A stretch of DNA of 64,000 nucleotides. It comes from a virus. Position 1 is the stretch's first letter; the number at the start of each line of letters is the position of its first letter. Position numbers and translations under genes: made by a program. The notes beneath the pieces are model-generated. The model did no database searches. It was not told where the DNA came from and saw nothing but the letters and a program-made list of their open reading frames with translations. The stretch covers positions 71,408 to 135,407 of the IMG/VR virus record IMGVR_UViG_3300025732_000020. The stretch is one strand, 5' to 3'. Shown here piece after piece: positions 1-11,400 of the stretch.

Positions 1-1
1 T

Positions 2-793
2 AACTTAGCATATAATGAAAATGGAAGCGTAATTAAGTCTGTAGATTTATATAATAACGAATATAGCCGAGTATCTATTGATGTTAAGAAGGGAATTCCG
101 CTCACTACTACTTATTTCACTGTGACAGATAGTGGTCTTCCAGTAGCAATTTCAAAGGGTTCTATCAACGCGCCAATTTATAACCTTAATTCAAATTATC
201 AACGAGGCGGTGCTGCTGTAGGTTATTTCCAGATACTAGAAGCTAAAGAGCAACTTGATGCGGGAATTTTTGGGGTTACTCTTCCAACTGCTACAATAAC
301 TGAAAGTTCTGATGTAGAAACCTCAAATAGAGGAAGGAAGATTCTTGGAACTGCATCCATGAATTTTTTAAATACCACTGGTGTATCTCCTACATACGGA
401 TATTCCTACATAATTACTGCCTCTGTTGCTATTGGAAGGTTCCAGATTGATCGGATTAAATTTGAAACTCCCAGTACTTTAAGAGTTTCTTTCAGAAATT
501 CCGCAGACATATTAAATATTAATTATCTAGCTTCTGGCAATAATTTGAATGATGGAATTCAAACTTCAGGAATAGGAATTCAAGGTTCTATCCTTCAAAG
601 TTGGCCCGATGGAGTCCCTATCGATGTCGTAGCAGTAAATGCAGAGGATTCTTCAATTATTATCTCTACTCCCCAAGGCGTAAGTGATAAGTTTATCTCT
701 TCAGAAGACAACTATAGAATTGCCGGTGGTACATTAGGAGTAGTGAAATATAACTACTTCATTGCTGATGGCAATGTATATGTATCTGAGTGA
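2..793 (+). CDS. 5'-truncated hypothetical protein, probably virion structural (frame is open from the window start)
   Basis: Frame 2 has no stop from position 2 to TGA at 791-793, so the GTG at 122 is internal; first gene of a run of large S/T/G/N-rich ORFs. Confidence 0.55.
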   Translation, partial: NLAYNENGSVIKSVDLYNNEYSRVSIDVKKGIPLTTTYFTVTDSGLPVAISKGSINAPIYNLNSNYQRGGAAVGYFQILEAKEQLDAGIFGVTLPTATITESSDVETSNRGRKILGTASMNFLNTTGVSPTYGYSYIITASVAIGRFQIDRIKFETPSTLRVSFRNSADILNINYLASGNNLNDGIQTSGIGIQGSILQSWPDGVPIDVVAVNAEDSSIIISTPQGVSDKFISSEDNYRIAGGTLGVVKYNYFIADGNVYVSE

Positions 794-795
794 TT

Positions 796-803
796 GTTTA
801 AAG
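796..803 (+). promoter_or_regulatory. Putative late promoter GTTTAAAG (representative copy; about 14 intergenic copies listed in findings)
   Basis: Recurs on the coding strand, mostly 19-33 nt before start codons of structural or unknown genes. Confidence 0.65.
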
Positions 804-827
804 TTAGTATAAATATACCGGTTAAAT

Positions 828-3800
828 ATGGCCTCTAATGTTTCTGTAGGAAAAACAGCCCCAGTACCATTGGGGCAGCAACCTGCTTCTAATTCTTTGC
901 CTGTGGTTTTTGCGGAAGATCAAAAGCCGATTCCTGTCGAAGAACAAAATAAAGTACAATCGGAAGTTGCCCTGTCATTACTTGGCATCCCCCGCTCCGA
1001 AGTAGCGTTAGGTATTTTTGCTGACGTTAATACTTATGATGTTAATCCTACAGAGTGGGCTCAGTTCCCCTTAGAGAACGTTGCTATACAGACCACTGAA
1101 GAAGAGGAGGGTACGGTACTCGATGGAGTAGTTCATATACCTACTGAGGCCGGTGCTCAACTTATTGCGTCTGATAAAAATACCACCATCTTAACCTCTA
1201 AGAGATTCTTCCGTTATCAGCCTGGTCGTGTGTCCGCATCCACAATGGGTGTGAAAATGAACGTCACATCAGAGATAGAAACTGATACTCAAAAGGGTGC
1301 TCCATCGATTAAAAAGTGGGGTATTTTTGATAAGTTTGACGGATACTACTTTGAAATTGTAAATAACGGCATCGGAAACAACTTCCGTTGTGTAAGACGT
1401 ACTCAGGCTATCATTCCAGGGGAACCTGCTGGTTATTCTGGAGAACTAAAATGGTTTAAGAACGGAGGTTCAGTAACTTCTGCAGATGCTAAATTTAATG
1501 GATCCACTAACTTCGGACTTGCAGGAGTTGATCCAGTAATAATTAGAGATGGTCTGGTCTATGTAGCTGCAGCTATTTATGATCCTTCTTTGGTTTATAG
1601 CCCCGCTGATGTAAGGACTATCGATGGTAGTACTTCTCCAGAAAATCAACTGAAAAAATTTCAGTCAAATTCTGCATTTGCCTTAAGACTTGCTCAATAT
1701 AATGGTTCAACGTATACTGAGATCTTAGCGAATAGAAAACATCAATTCCCATTCGACCAAAGTACGACATACTCACTGGATGACGCGTTTGGCGATGATA
1801 AGATGCAAAATTCATTCTTGAATTATATCAGAGCTGATGCACATTGTAATTTCTATGGATTGATTTCTAACTTAGCTAGAAAGGGAAATACTACTAAAGT
1901 ACTAAGTTCTTATGCCGAGTTAATTGACCCTGCTAATGATTGGCAACAAGTCTTTTTTGGTACTGGAACCAATGTTGAACAACAGACTCACGATGCTATC
2001 TTAGGGGGGACAGGCGTCTGGGATCAGTCCCCTAGTACTACCAACAGTCAAGCTAAAGTTTGGAACCTTCTGGTTAATACGTTAGGTGGTAACAATATTA
2101 GTCAGACAGATTTTACTAATGCAATAGGAGTACCTTTTACTAGGACTATTAGTAGTACTAATGGCAATGTAACTCTAAAAGAATGGTTTAATATCTGTGT
2201 ACCAAAACCATACAGATACGTGTATGAATGGAGACCTTGTAGAGCAATGTTCTCCGGTGACAAACTTGATGGAGATCTAACACCAGTAAGATGGTCCGAT
2301 ATTAACACATCCGCCGAGTTCTCATTGGGTGATTCTGATGGTCTTGTAAATAGACCAGGTGAGGTTATCTCTACTCCAGAAGGAATCGTAGAATCTCAAT
2401 CAGCATATAATATCGACTTCTCAAAGGTCACCATGTGGAAGACCGAGTACTCATGGTACGGTGCTGTTGGTGCTACTTTCCTTTGCTACGTGCCTACAGG
2501 AAATAATGAAGCAAGGTGGGTAAGAGTACATCATATCCGCGCATCAAACCAACACTCGGTCGCTTCGTTAGGTAACGCGTTCTTGCCAATTACCTATCTC
2601 TGCCATGGAGGTATGAATAGCGGCTTAGATCCAAACAATAACGGAGTTGATATAGGCAACACTCTTGTTAAGTATGGTGCTTCTTACTATATTGATGGTG
2701 GTGATAAAGGTACTGTAAAACTTCTATCTAAATCTTCCGACTATAGTAGAACTGTTCCATCTGGAACAGTTACATTTACTCCTACTAGTTTCGATGGGCC
2801 TACTAGTAGTATGATAACTACAAGAACTAGTTTGGGTGCTACTAATGATAAAACATTGGTTGGACTGATGGGCGCATATATCTCGGGGGATACTACTACT
2901 AAGGTTAAGTGGATTGAGAAGAGTAGTACTACTGATGTGAAATTATACTTCACTGGGGTTATTCCTACTTCAGGGGCCGTTACATTGGTTGTTCCAAGAT
3001 CGCAACAATCACTTCTCACCCTTAGAGCAAAAGACTTTATTAGTAACAGAGATGGAGAAAAAGTAAGAAATAGACTACAGATTTATCCTATAAAGTTAGG
3101 ACTTGGGGTTTCCAAAGGTGAAGCTTCTGATCTTATTACAGTTCGTGGATTTAAAAATCCCCTCCTTATCACAACAAACTTAACAACTACTTCAACATCG
3201 TTGGCAACTACTGGTCTTACTGATACTATTAACACCAAGAGATCTATATTACCAATCGAGTTTACCTCAGGGCAAGTTAGTCAGATGGGACTAAGTTCTC
3301 TTCTTTCCTCTAATGGAAAGTACGTATTTGGATATTTCCTTGGAGGTAACGACCCAACTCTAGCTGGTAATACTACATCAGGTCAACCGATCCTTGGTAG
3401 AATCTATAGAGAAGACGGTAAATATTATTTTGCAAAATTCTTCTCTTATCCAGATCCAATATATGTCAAAGGTAATTTCATATACGAGAGGAATCTCTCA
3501 GTTGGTGCCGCAGCAGAAGGACTATCTTTTTCCGAAAGAACTATCTCGACTACATCAGACGGATACGCAGATCAAACAAAATGGTCGAATCTAGAAACTG
3601 ATGATCTAGCGACATTTGAAGAAATAACACGTCTTTCCGGTACACAAGTCGCTCAAGACTTTGCTCTTACTCCCGTCGTAGATACAGGAAATGAAATTTT
3701 CTCATATTACGTATCAAGAGGTGGATATCAATTTGATCTTCAAGATTATTTTGCATACAATAAAGAGTACCTTTCGTTCCCACTCACTGACGAGGTAGAT

Positions 3801-3893
3801 GTGATTAGTGTCTTTGGTCATTTTGACATCCGAGAGTCAACTACTCCTAATGTATTCAAAGTTAATACTTCACTAACTTGGGAGGAGCAGTGA
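828..3893 (+). CDS. Large virion structural protein of cyanomyovirus type
   Basis: 1021 aa; motifs SLLGIPRSEVALGIFADVNTYDV, LTSKRFFRYQPGR, TMWKTEYSWYGAVGA, KYGASYYIDGGDKGT, C-terminal WEEQ, recalled from cyanophage structural proteins; GTTTAAAG at 796-803 upstream. Confidence 0.65.
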   Translation: MASNVSVGKTAPVPLGQQPASNSLPVVFAEDQKPIPVEEQNKVQSEVALSLLGIPRSEVALGIFADVNTYDVNPTEWAQFPLENVAIQTTEEEEGTVLDGVVHIPTEAGAQLIASDKNTTILTSKRFFRYQPGRVSASTMGVKMNVTSEIETDTQKGAPSIKKWGIFDKFDGYYFEIVNNGIGNNFRCVRRTQAIIPGEPAGYSGELKWFKNGGSVTSADAKFNGSTNFGLAGVDPVIIRDGLVYVAAAIYDPSLVYSPADVRTIDGSTSPENQLKKFQSNSAFALRLAQYNGSTYTEILANRKHQFPFDQSTTYSLDDAFGDDKMQNSFLNYIRADAHCNFYGLISNLARKGNTTKVLSSYAELIDPANDWQQVFFGTGTNVEQQTHDAILGGTGVWDQSPSTTNSQAKVWNLLVNTLGGNNISQTDFTNAIGVPFTRTISSTNGNVTLKEWFNICVPKPYRYVYEWRPCRAMFSGDKLDGDLTPVRWSDINTSAEFSLGDSDGLVNRPGEVISTPEGIVESQSAYNIDFSKVTMWKTEYSWYGAVGATFLCYVPTGNNEARWVRVHHIRASNQHSVASLGNAFLPITYLCHGGMNSGLDPNNNGVDIGNTLVKYGASYYIDGGDKGTVKLLSKSSDYSRTVPSGTVTFTPTSFDGPTSSMITTRTSLGATNDKTLVGLMGAYISGDTTTKVKWIEKSSTTDVKLYFTGVIPTSGAVTLVVPRSQQSLLTLRAKDFISNRDGEKVRNRLQIYPIKLGLGVSKGEASDLITVRGFKNPLLITTNLTTTSTSLATTGLTDTINTKRSILPIEFTSGQVSQMGLSSLLSSNGKYVFGYFLGGNDPTLAGNTTSGQPILGRIYREDGKYYFAKFFSYPDPIYVKGNFIYERNLSVGAAAEGLSFSERTISTTSDGYADQTKWSNLETDDLATFEEITRLSGTQVAQDFALTPVVDTGNEIFSYYVSRGGYQFDLQDYFAYNKEYLSFPLTDEVDVISVFGHFDIRESTTPNVFKVNTSLTWEEQ

Positions 3894-3896
3894 TAA

Positions 3897-6800
3897 ATGG
3901 CTAATAATTATGAAATAAAAGTAAAAAGTAACTCTTCTTCAAGAAATATTTCATTAAAAGGTCAATCAACTGCTCCAAGTACTTTTGAAAAGGAACTACA
4001 ATTAGTAACCTACAGAGGTATCTCTCTTTTTTCTGACGAGGGAAATTCTCTTACGTCAGTTAAAAGAGTTCCTGATCCTAGAGACTTCTTAACTTCTAGT
4101 TCTCTTCCAGTAGTGGTTGATCCTGACTCATATGCAGAGACAGCAATAAGTACAACTAATAAATTTAGTAAAAGAGACCCAGTTGCGTTGCCTATAGAGG
4201 AAGTATTTAATGATGTAACTGAAACGAGTTCATCAATTCTAGGAATACCAAGAGGAGAGACTCAACAGGGTCTTTTTGGTAATGTTAGTTCTTATGGCTT
4301 AGATAAAAAAGACTGGATTGTTTATAGTGGTTATCCAGATTGGGACCAAGGTGATTATTGGCAATACAAAAACTCCCCTTCTGGACGTCATCAACCAACA
4401 ATAGATTATGACGATGCTAAAAATTCTGCGATTGCAATCTCTTCCTATCCTGTTCCGTACACTACGCCTGGTAACCCTGTTCTCTATACGTTAATAACTG
4501 GCGGGTCTCTTTCAAATATAGGTCCAGGCTGGGGGAGATATCTTCAGTCTTTAATTGCCATGTATATTATTGAACACATGGTAAATAACTTTTCCCAAGA
4601 AGAAAAAACAAGGTTCAGACTCGATTATTTAGATAATAATTATCCCAAAACCAGTTCTGGAAAGTTTAATAGGCTTTATTGGGATCAAATTTGGTTAGAT
4701 ATTGATCAAGGAAGATTTAAAACCATAGGCAATTTGCCAATTATCCCCCAAGGGCGTATAGAAAATATGTCTGGGGAAGGAGAGCAGGTTCTTCTTGATA
4801 TATTTAGTTTAATTGATGAAACTAAAAATACTCCATATGTAACTGCTACTAGTCTTTCTGATAACGGAGGATTTAATCTTTTAAGAGCTAGAGAACTAGT
4901 AAAAGATTCAAATCAGTCAATACTATACAACTCCGCGTTCTTTGGTACAACTAGATATAGATGGCCTAGTAATAACAAGGGCCATTTTGAGATTGCTACT
5001 CAGAAAGATGGAGACGTGTGGAAAGAGTATTGGTTGTTAGACTATGACTCACTACATGATGATTTAAAAAATTGGGAATTTAGAGTTTGGGAAACTGACC
5101 CTCCGGCGGATTCTCCAGAGAAAAAATATAAATTGCCGTATTATAGAATTCTTAATAAAGAGTCTGCGTCTGAATCTTTAATTTTTGGCCAGTCTTGGCC
5201 CAAAACATATTCAGATCCTACTATTCCACAGATTTCAAATTCTATTAGTGAGGGGAATCTAATTGGTAGTAAAGAAAGTAATTATGCGGTTGTTACTTTA
5301 ACATCAGCCCGTGCGTTTCGTTATCAACCTGGTAGAATTAGCGGATTTACGTATGGTGTAAGAGTATCTGAGGAAGGCGCCGGTCCTGGATCCATACTTG
5401 AGTTTGGTGTGGAAAATTATACGGACGGATATTTTTTCCGCCTTAAAGATGGCACTGACTTCTCTATTGTTAGAAGATCGACAATACCTTTAGGCGATAC
5501 GGACCTATTTATTGAGGCGGGATATCAAGAAAAGGAAGCATATATCAGTCAATTAACTGGGGTAGTCAAATATCGGGATCAATTAACAGATAGTGAAGTT
5601 CTAGATTTAGAACAGCTCGTGCTAGAGGGAAAAGAAGTAAAAGTATTTGAAACCGAAATCCAACAGGATATTATGAATGGGGACGGATTAAATTCCCAAG
5701 GCGATACGGGTTATATTTTTAACCCAGATACCGTAACCATGTATAAGATCGAGTTTGGTTGGTACGGTGCTATTGGAGCTAGATTCTATATTTATATCCC
5801 GACTGACAATGGAGATGCAAGATGGGTGACCCTTCATACGCTAGTAATTGAAAACAATATAGATAAGCCATGTCTAGAAGACCCGTTCTTCTTCTTCAAG
5901 TACCGCACTTATGTAGGTTCGCCATCACGTATCAGACTACCACAATTTATTCAAAAGTATGGCGCGTCTTACTACATTGATGGCGCAGATGAAGGCACAG
6001 TATCCGTATCTAGTGCTATAGCATCAAATAGAAAAGTTGAATCAAGTGATCTTGATGATGAGACTGGAGAAACCATCGAGCAGGAAATACCAATTTATAA
6101 ATGGTCATCTGTTCTTGGATTAAAACCTAAAAAGTATATTACCAATACTAGTGGAAATGAATTCTTTAATAAAAAAGAAATATTTCCTATTAGCGCCTCG
6201 GTGATTTCTACCGTTGACACCGAGATTAAATTCGTTAATCAATATGGCTGTGTTGATCATGGATTTACTTTCCAAGAGGGCTATAAGTGCGAACTTCCAG
6301 AATCGCAAAGATTAAGAGGCAAATTTTTAATTAATAGATTAGAAACTGAAAAAGATACACTAATTGAACTTGGTTTTAGTGAAAAAAGCCCAACTCCGAC
6401 AATTTCATACCAAGGTCCAGATCCAGACTTCCCAGAGGCAAGTCTCAATCTATTAGATATTGATGGTATTGGATATACCACAGAGTATTTGGGAAATTCT
6501 AACTGGGAAGATTACTATACGTTTAAAGGTTGGGATTCTTATCGGTATGCTTTACAAGGCACACATATTATTGGAAATAAAATATTCTGCGCATATGTAA
6601 ATCCTGAGAATGAGTATCTGAATTCAGAAAAAGGATGGTCGAACTCTATTTCTACCGCCGCAATTTCAAGGGTAACTAGAAATTCGTATTATAGTACTCC
6701 AGCGTCACAAAGACCTTGGAGCAAAGGACAGCTTCTCTTTAGATACCCTGATACTTATTCACTTAAGTTTTCTCCATATAGAAAAGATACAACTCTCATC

Positions 6801-8417
6801 TCTTCAGTTGGAATTACCTCAGGGGAGTTTTATCTATTATTTACAACTAAAGCTGGCGGAAGAGACAGTAATGGAGTACCATGCTCCGATGAGTACGTTG
6901 GTACTAGGTGTGATGGCAACTCTCATTTTGGAGATATTACTTTCGGAGTGATGTGGTCAAGAGGGAGTGAAGAAACCTATGCTAATCAACAATATCCTAT
7001 TAGGATGGTTTCTAAAGACAGAGCAAGAAATCATCCCGATAGTTTTGGTATAATTAATCCAAGTATTGATGGGAGTAATATTCCAACCGGTAATGCAGTT
7101 GATATTGAATTTGTTGATGCTACAAGTAGCACTACTGGAGTTGCTTATATTAAAGATAAAAAAATTCCCAATCCCGATGAATTTAGATATTATGAGGGTC
7201 TTCCAGTAGATGTATTTAGTCCAGTTCTTAGAGATAATGTGCTTAAAGTATCTCAGGCTGGGTGGCTGCACGTTGGCGTCGGAGGAGTAGAACAATCAGA
7301 AGCTGTACATGATACAGCTGGCGAGATTGATGACCAATTTCCTTCGCTCCCTGGAGTCGAAGGCGGCGAATGTCATGCTTTATACTGTAGAGTAGGGCCA
7401 ATTGCACGAGACGTGAGTATCTTAACCGAGGACAACACAGGTGACTCCACTAAAGAATATAATGATAATGGAACTTTAAAACCCTATTATTATTTAAAGA
7501 GTGACAGTCCGTGGCCTAGTGAGCTTTGGATTGATTCCGTGGGTAATCCTAAATTTGAAAATCTTACTGTAAAATCAATTACCACTAATGTATCATCTAT
7601 AGTAAAAACAATAGGAGAACCCCAAATATCTTTCCAAAGAGAGGGTACCTCGATTAGAGAGTATTTATTACCTGTGGTTAATGAAACTGGTTATGATATA
7701 AATTCTGTGGGGGAAGGATTGATAAGTGCTGCTTACTCAGGTATAGCTTTATATGCCCCCTCACTCCTTAAAAAAGATGACATTTTACTCACCAGTACAG
7801 TTACTGGATCCGACATATTCCCAATTAGATGGTTTATCTCTATGAGAGAAGGGGCAGAGGTAGGCTCTTTAAGTGTAGGTCAAGATATTGGTACTGGGAT
7901 AGTACAATATCCATTTTCTCCTTTGGGACAAACTCTGAGTGTTGATCATTACTCAAATGAGGGCTTACATGACCGTCAAGATGGTGGGAGTAACGACTTT
8001 GAAAAATCCGCAATTAAAACAATTAGAACTTTCTCGGAAGAAAACACATTAGATACCTCGATTAACTTTTCCGATACGTCCTATATTGATAGTTCTCTAC
8101 CAAGTTCCCCACAGTCAAAGAGAAAAAAATGTCCTTCTTTCTTAAGCAAGAGTCTGCTTGTCGGAGCTTCCTCCTCTGGAGTAGGAGATTATCCTATCCG
8201 TTCACTTAAGTTTAAAGAAACAGGAGATAATCTAGGATCCTTCTATTTATCTAAAAATGTCCCCACTGAAATAGACCTTACTTCAATGTTTAATATTTCC
8301 GCTGAATCTATTGGTCCTAGTTTTTGGAACAACAAATCATTATTTGTTATTGCTAAATCATTAGAAGATGAAATAGAAGGAAAAATTTCTATCACACTGA
8401 ACTATAAAGAACAGTAA
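3897..8417 (+). CDS. Large virion structural protein, paralog of 828..3893
   Basis: 1506 aa; shares SILGIPRGE, LTSARAFRYQPGR, TMYKIEFGWYGAIGA, KYGASYYIDGADEGT and C-terminal YKEQ with the upstream gene. Confidence 0.65.
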   Translation: MANNYEIKVKSNSSSRNISLKGQSTAPSTFEKELQLVTYRGISLFSDEGNSLTSVKRVPDPRDFLTSSSLPVVVDPDSYAETAISTTNKFSKRDPVALPIEEVFNDVTETSSSILGIPRGETQQGLFGNVSSYGLDKKDWIVYSGYPDWDQGDYWQYKNSPSGRHQPTIDYDDAKNSAIAISSYPVPYTTPGNPVLYTLITGGSLSNIGPGWGRYLQSLIAMYIIEHMVNNFSQEEKTRFRLDYLDNNYPKTSSGKFNRLYWDQIWLDIDQGRFKTIGNLPIIPQGRIENMSGEGEQVLLDIFSLIDETKNTPYVTATSLSDNGGFNLLRARELVKDSNQSILYNSAFFGTTRYRWPSNNKGHFEIATQKDGDVWKEYWLLDYDSLHDDLKNWEFRVWETDPPADSPEKKYKLPYYRILNKESASESLIFGQSWPKTYSDPTIPQISNSISEGNLIGSKESNYAVVTLTSARAFRYQPGRISGFTYGVRVSEEGAGPGSILEFGVENYTDGYFFRLKDGTDFSIVRRSTIPLGDTDLFIEAGYQEKEAYISQLTGVVKYRDQLTDSEVLDLEQLVLEGKEVKVFETEIQQDIMNGDGLNSQGDTGYIFNPDTVTMYKIEFGWYGAIGARFYIYIPTDNGDARWVTLHTLVIENNIDKPCLEDPFFFFKYRTYVGSPSRIRLPQFIQKYGASYYIDGADEGTVSVSSAIASNRKVESSDLDDETGETIEQEIPIYKWSSVLGLKPKKYITNTSGNEFFNKKEIFPISASVISTVDTEIKFVNQYGCVDHGFTFQEGYKCELPESQRLRGKFLINRLETEKDTLIELGFSEKSPTPTISYQGPDPDFPEASLNLLDIDGIGYTTEYLGNSNWEDYYTFKGWDSYRYALQGTHIIGNKIFCAYVNPENEYLNSEKGWSNSISTAAISRVTRNSYYSTPASQRPWSKGQLLFRYPDTYSLKFSPYRKDTTLISSVGITSGEFYLLFTTKAGGRDSNGVPCSDEYVGTRCDGNSHFGDITFGVMWSRGSEETYANQQYPIRMVSKDRARNHPDSFGIINPSIDGSNIPTGNAVDIEFVDATSSTTGVAYIKDKKIPNPDEFRYYEGLPVDVFSPVLRDNVLKVSQAGWLHVGVGGVEQSEAVHDTAGEIDDQFPSLPGVEGGECHALYCRVGPIARDVSILTEDNTGDSTKEYNDNGTLKPYYYLKSDSPWPSELWIDSVGNPKFENLTVKSITTNVSSIVKTIGEPQISFQREGTSIREYLLPVVNETGYDINSVGEGLISAAYSGIALYAPSLLKKDDILLTSTVTGSDIFPIRWFISMREGAEVGSLSVGQDIGTGIVQYPFSPLGQTLSVDHYSNEGLHDRQDGGSNDFEKSAIKTIRTFSEENTLDTSINFSDTSYIDSSLPSSPQSKRKKCPSFLSKSLLVGASSSGVGDYPIRSLKFKETGDNLGSFYLSKNVPTEIDLTSMFNISAESIGPSFWNNKSLFVIAKSLEDEIEGKISITLNYKEQ

Positions 8418-8422
8418 TTATT

Positions 8423-11400
8423 ATGGAAGGATACAGTTTTATAAGACAGAATCGCCCCGAAATTGGATTAGTTAGTTACTATGACCTGGGCGAAATTTAT
8501 AGCAGTGATGAAAGAGATGCTTTATTTAACATCCTTTTAGATCCAGACGCATTAGACCAGATCTATAATCTTTCTAGAAGTGGTCTTGTTAAAGAAGATA
8601 TTAGAACTGCTGGAGGGCTAGAACTGCCAGTTTATCATTCTATGGCTATTTCTTCAGAAACCTCACGTGGTATTTCTAATAAAATTCAAAGCCTTATAAG
8701 AACTGACGGAGAGATCGGAGATCCTGGATTACAAGACTTCAATATTTCAAATTACTCTGATAATATTATAGTTCTTCATGGTGGACTTGCTGCCAATAAC
8801 ATTGAATTTAGGTATCTTGATGAGGAAGGAGAAGTTAAAAAAACTGTCGTTCCAACTTCCAGAGAGAGTCTTTTCAACTCCATTGTAGATAGTGCAACTG
8901 GAAAATTTTCAGAGGCTTCTTTCTCTTCTTTGATTAGAATAAGAAGAAGATCACATCTTAATAATCTAAACCTGAGAGCTACTAACCTGCTGCTGAATAG
9001 AGAGACAATTTCTGAGTCTCCTACTCATATTTTTAAAATTCCTGTATATGTAAGAACTCCTTCTAATACTAATCCAAAGTGCGAATTATTAGAATGTTAT
9101 TGCACAGTTAACTCTCCATTAATTATCCCAGTAAGAATAGGAACTTCAGGTACCATTTCTTTTTCAAGAGAGATAGGTTCAAAGGATCAAAATCCTCAGG
9201 TTTCTTTTGTCTATGGATGGGAACTAAAACTACGTAGTGATCTTTCTATAGTAAAACAAGAAATAATTACTGACTCTAGAACTAGAGACGTTCAATCAAT
9301 TAGCATTAATGTAACTGGAACTCCAGCTTCTAATAAGGAGTGTTTACTCTACGTTTATCTTGATCCAGAGCAGATTACCGAAATAGACTTATCCTCGCTA
9401 GGGATTGCAGAGCAAGCTGGTAAGGATATCGGCCTTATCGGATTTAATAATCTGAAAAAAATTAATATTAGTAATAATAGATTATCTACCCTTCCAACTT
9501 GGATAAAAGTACTTGATACTAAACTTATTGAATTAGATATATCTGGCAATGTCTGGGACGAGCCAGGGGGTATATACTCCACATTTGATTACCAAGACAT
9601 GAGAAATTCCGGTATTTCAGGAATTTCAACTGCAGCGCCTCCTTCTAAAACTCTCACTGAGTTTATGTGTTATAGTGGATATAAAGCCTCCGGTGGTGGA
9701 AATAAAAATTCAAGTTATAAAGGATATTCTACGATCCAAGATTCCAATAATAAACTTTGGAAAGATTCTAGGAAAACTTCTATAGAAAGATTCAATTATC
9801 TTTATAATGGAAACCCAAGTAATCTTACTCAAGAGCCCATTCCAATTACTATCTCTGGCGAAGAAGGATTTAGAACTTTCACTCTATTGAACAAACTAAA
9901 ATTAGGGTCTGAAATTTATGTATGTAATGCTGATTTCTCAAGAGTTTTTCCTAATCTATTTGATATAAGCATCGATTCGTCCAGTGGGGCCAATCCTAAT
10001 TTGCTAACTGGTTTAATACCAAAAATCAATAATACCTCTGTGGACCAGATTACTATTGATTATAGGGGACAGACTACTATGGAGGGCTCAATAGGATATA
10101 TGGGAGATACTCCATTTTGGACTAATACTATTCAAAATATTAGTAATGGTACTATTACTACAAAATCAGCTTTTGAAACTGCAGCTGGAGTTACTACATC
10201 TTTATCGCAGGAGGAGATTTTAAACGCTCCAAAGGGATTTATTGGGAAATATAATATCAAATCATTTAATCTTGCTGGAAGTAGTATTGTAGGCGGTATA
10301 TTAACTGGCACCGATGATGTTTCTGGAACTAAAACTCTTGGAGTTACTCATCTTGTGAATAGTAATGACCCCACCGTTATCGCTAACGCGTGGAGTTCTT
10401 GGTTAAGTCAAACATCATATATTAGCTTCGATAGTTTTGGAAATGATTATAGGGATATTTACTTTAGAATTGCAAAAGGCTCGTCCTATAAGTGGATGAA
10501 ATTATCCGAGGTAAACTTAAATTACATTTACGGGGTAGACAGTAAATATATTAGTTATAATGAAGGAGTTACTACAGAAAACTCCTCAGACATCCTAACA
10601 GGTTTAGCATTACAAAATTTACAGGCGTATGCTGCAGCTTGGGGAGGAAAGATTTTTAGTATTAAAGATGTAGAATCAACGCTTAAAACCTTACAAATAG
10701 GTAGGAATAGATGGAAGGGTTATACCGCAGATCTTTCCGATCCTGTAAGCAAATTTGAGTCATCCAACGGAAATTATAAATATCTTCTTCCTAAAAACTT
10801 TATATCACCATCAAAAGAAAATACCAAATTTGAAAGCCTTTCTATTGGAGAGTGTCAGAATTATAGTTCTGAAGATCAAAGATTTATTCTTAGATCTAGT
10901 GAACTTAGTTCTTTCAAGGTACTTAACTATATTACTTTTCACAATTCTAAAATTTTTGGCGTTTTCCCAGCACTCTCGGCAAATGTTAATTCTGCGAAAA
11001 TAAAAATAAACATTAGTTATAATAACTTTAGAGACTTATCTAATCTAGGAACAGATAGAAATCAGAAAGTTATTGAGTTATTTGCTAGTGAGCAGTCTTC
11101 TAGTTTCGGCGGATGTAGGTTACCTAATTTTTCAACTTCATCAACTAATATAACGAAGATAGACCTAAATAATAACTTAAGTACAAAAGATATAAATGGT
11201 AAAGTATTACTCTCATGTTTGGCTGATCCTGACGTAATAGCAACTAAATCCCATCTGGGTACATTGCAGCAAGAAGTCTCCATTCCTCCCGTAACTTGGA
11301 ATGCGGAATCGGCTGATGGAAAAATCCATAGAATAGTCATAGCTTCTGGAAGTACTGATATATCCAAGCAGGTATATGTAAACGACGAAATAAGAGATAC

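Noticed and set aside
796-803. GTTTAA as a SigB-type -35 element
   Set aside because: No GGGTAT-like box follows at 12-15 nt, and several copies are only about 21-22 nt (one is 6 nt) from the start codon, too close for a -35
808-815. T4-type late promoter TATAAATA
   Set aside because: I saw it at only one intergenic site, beside a GTTTAAAG copy; expected by chance in AT-rich DNA
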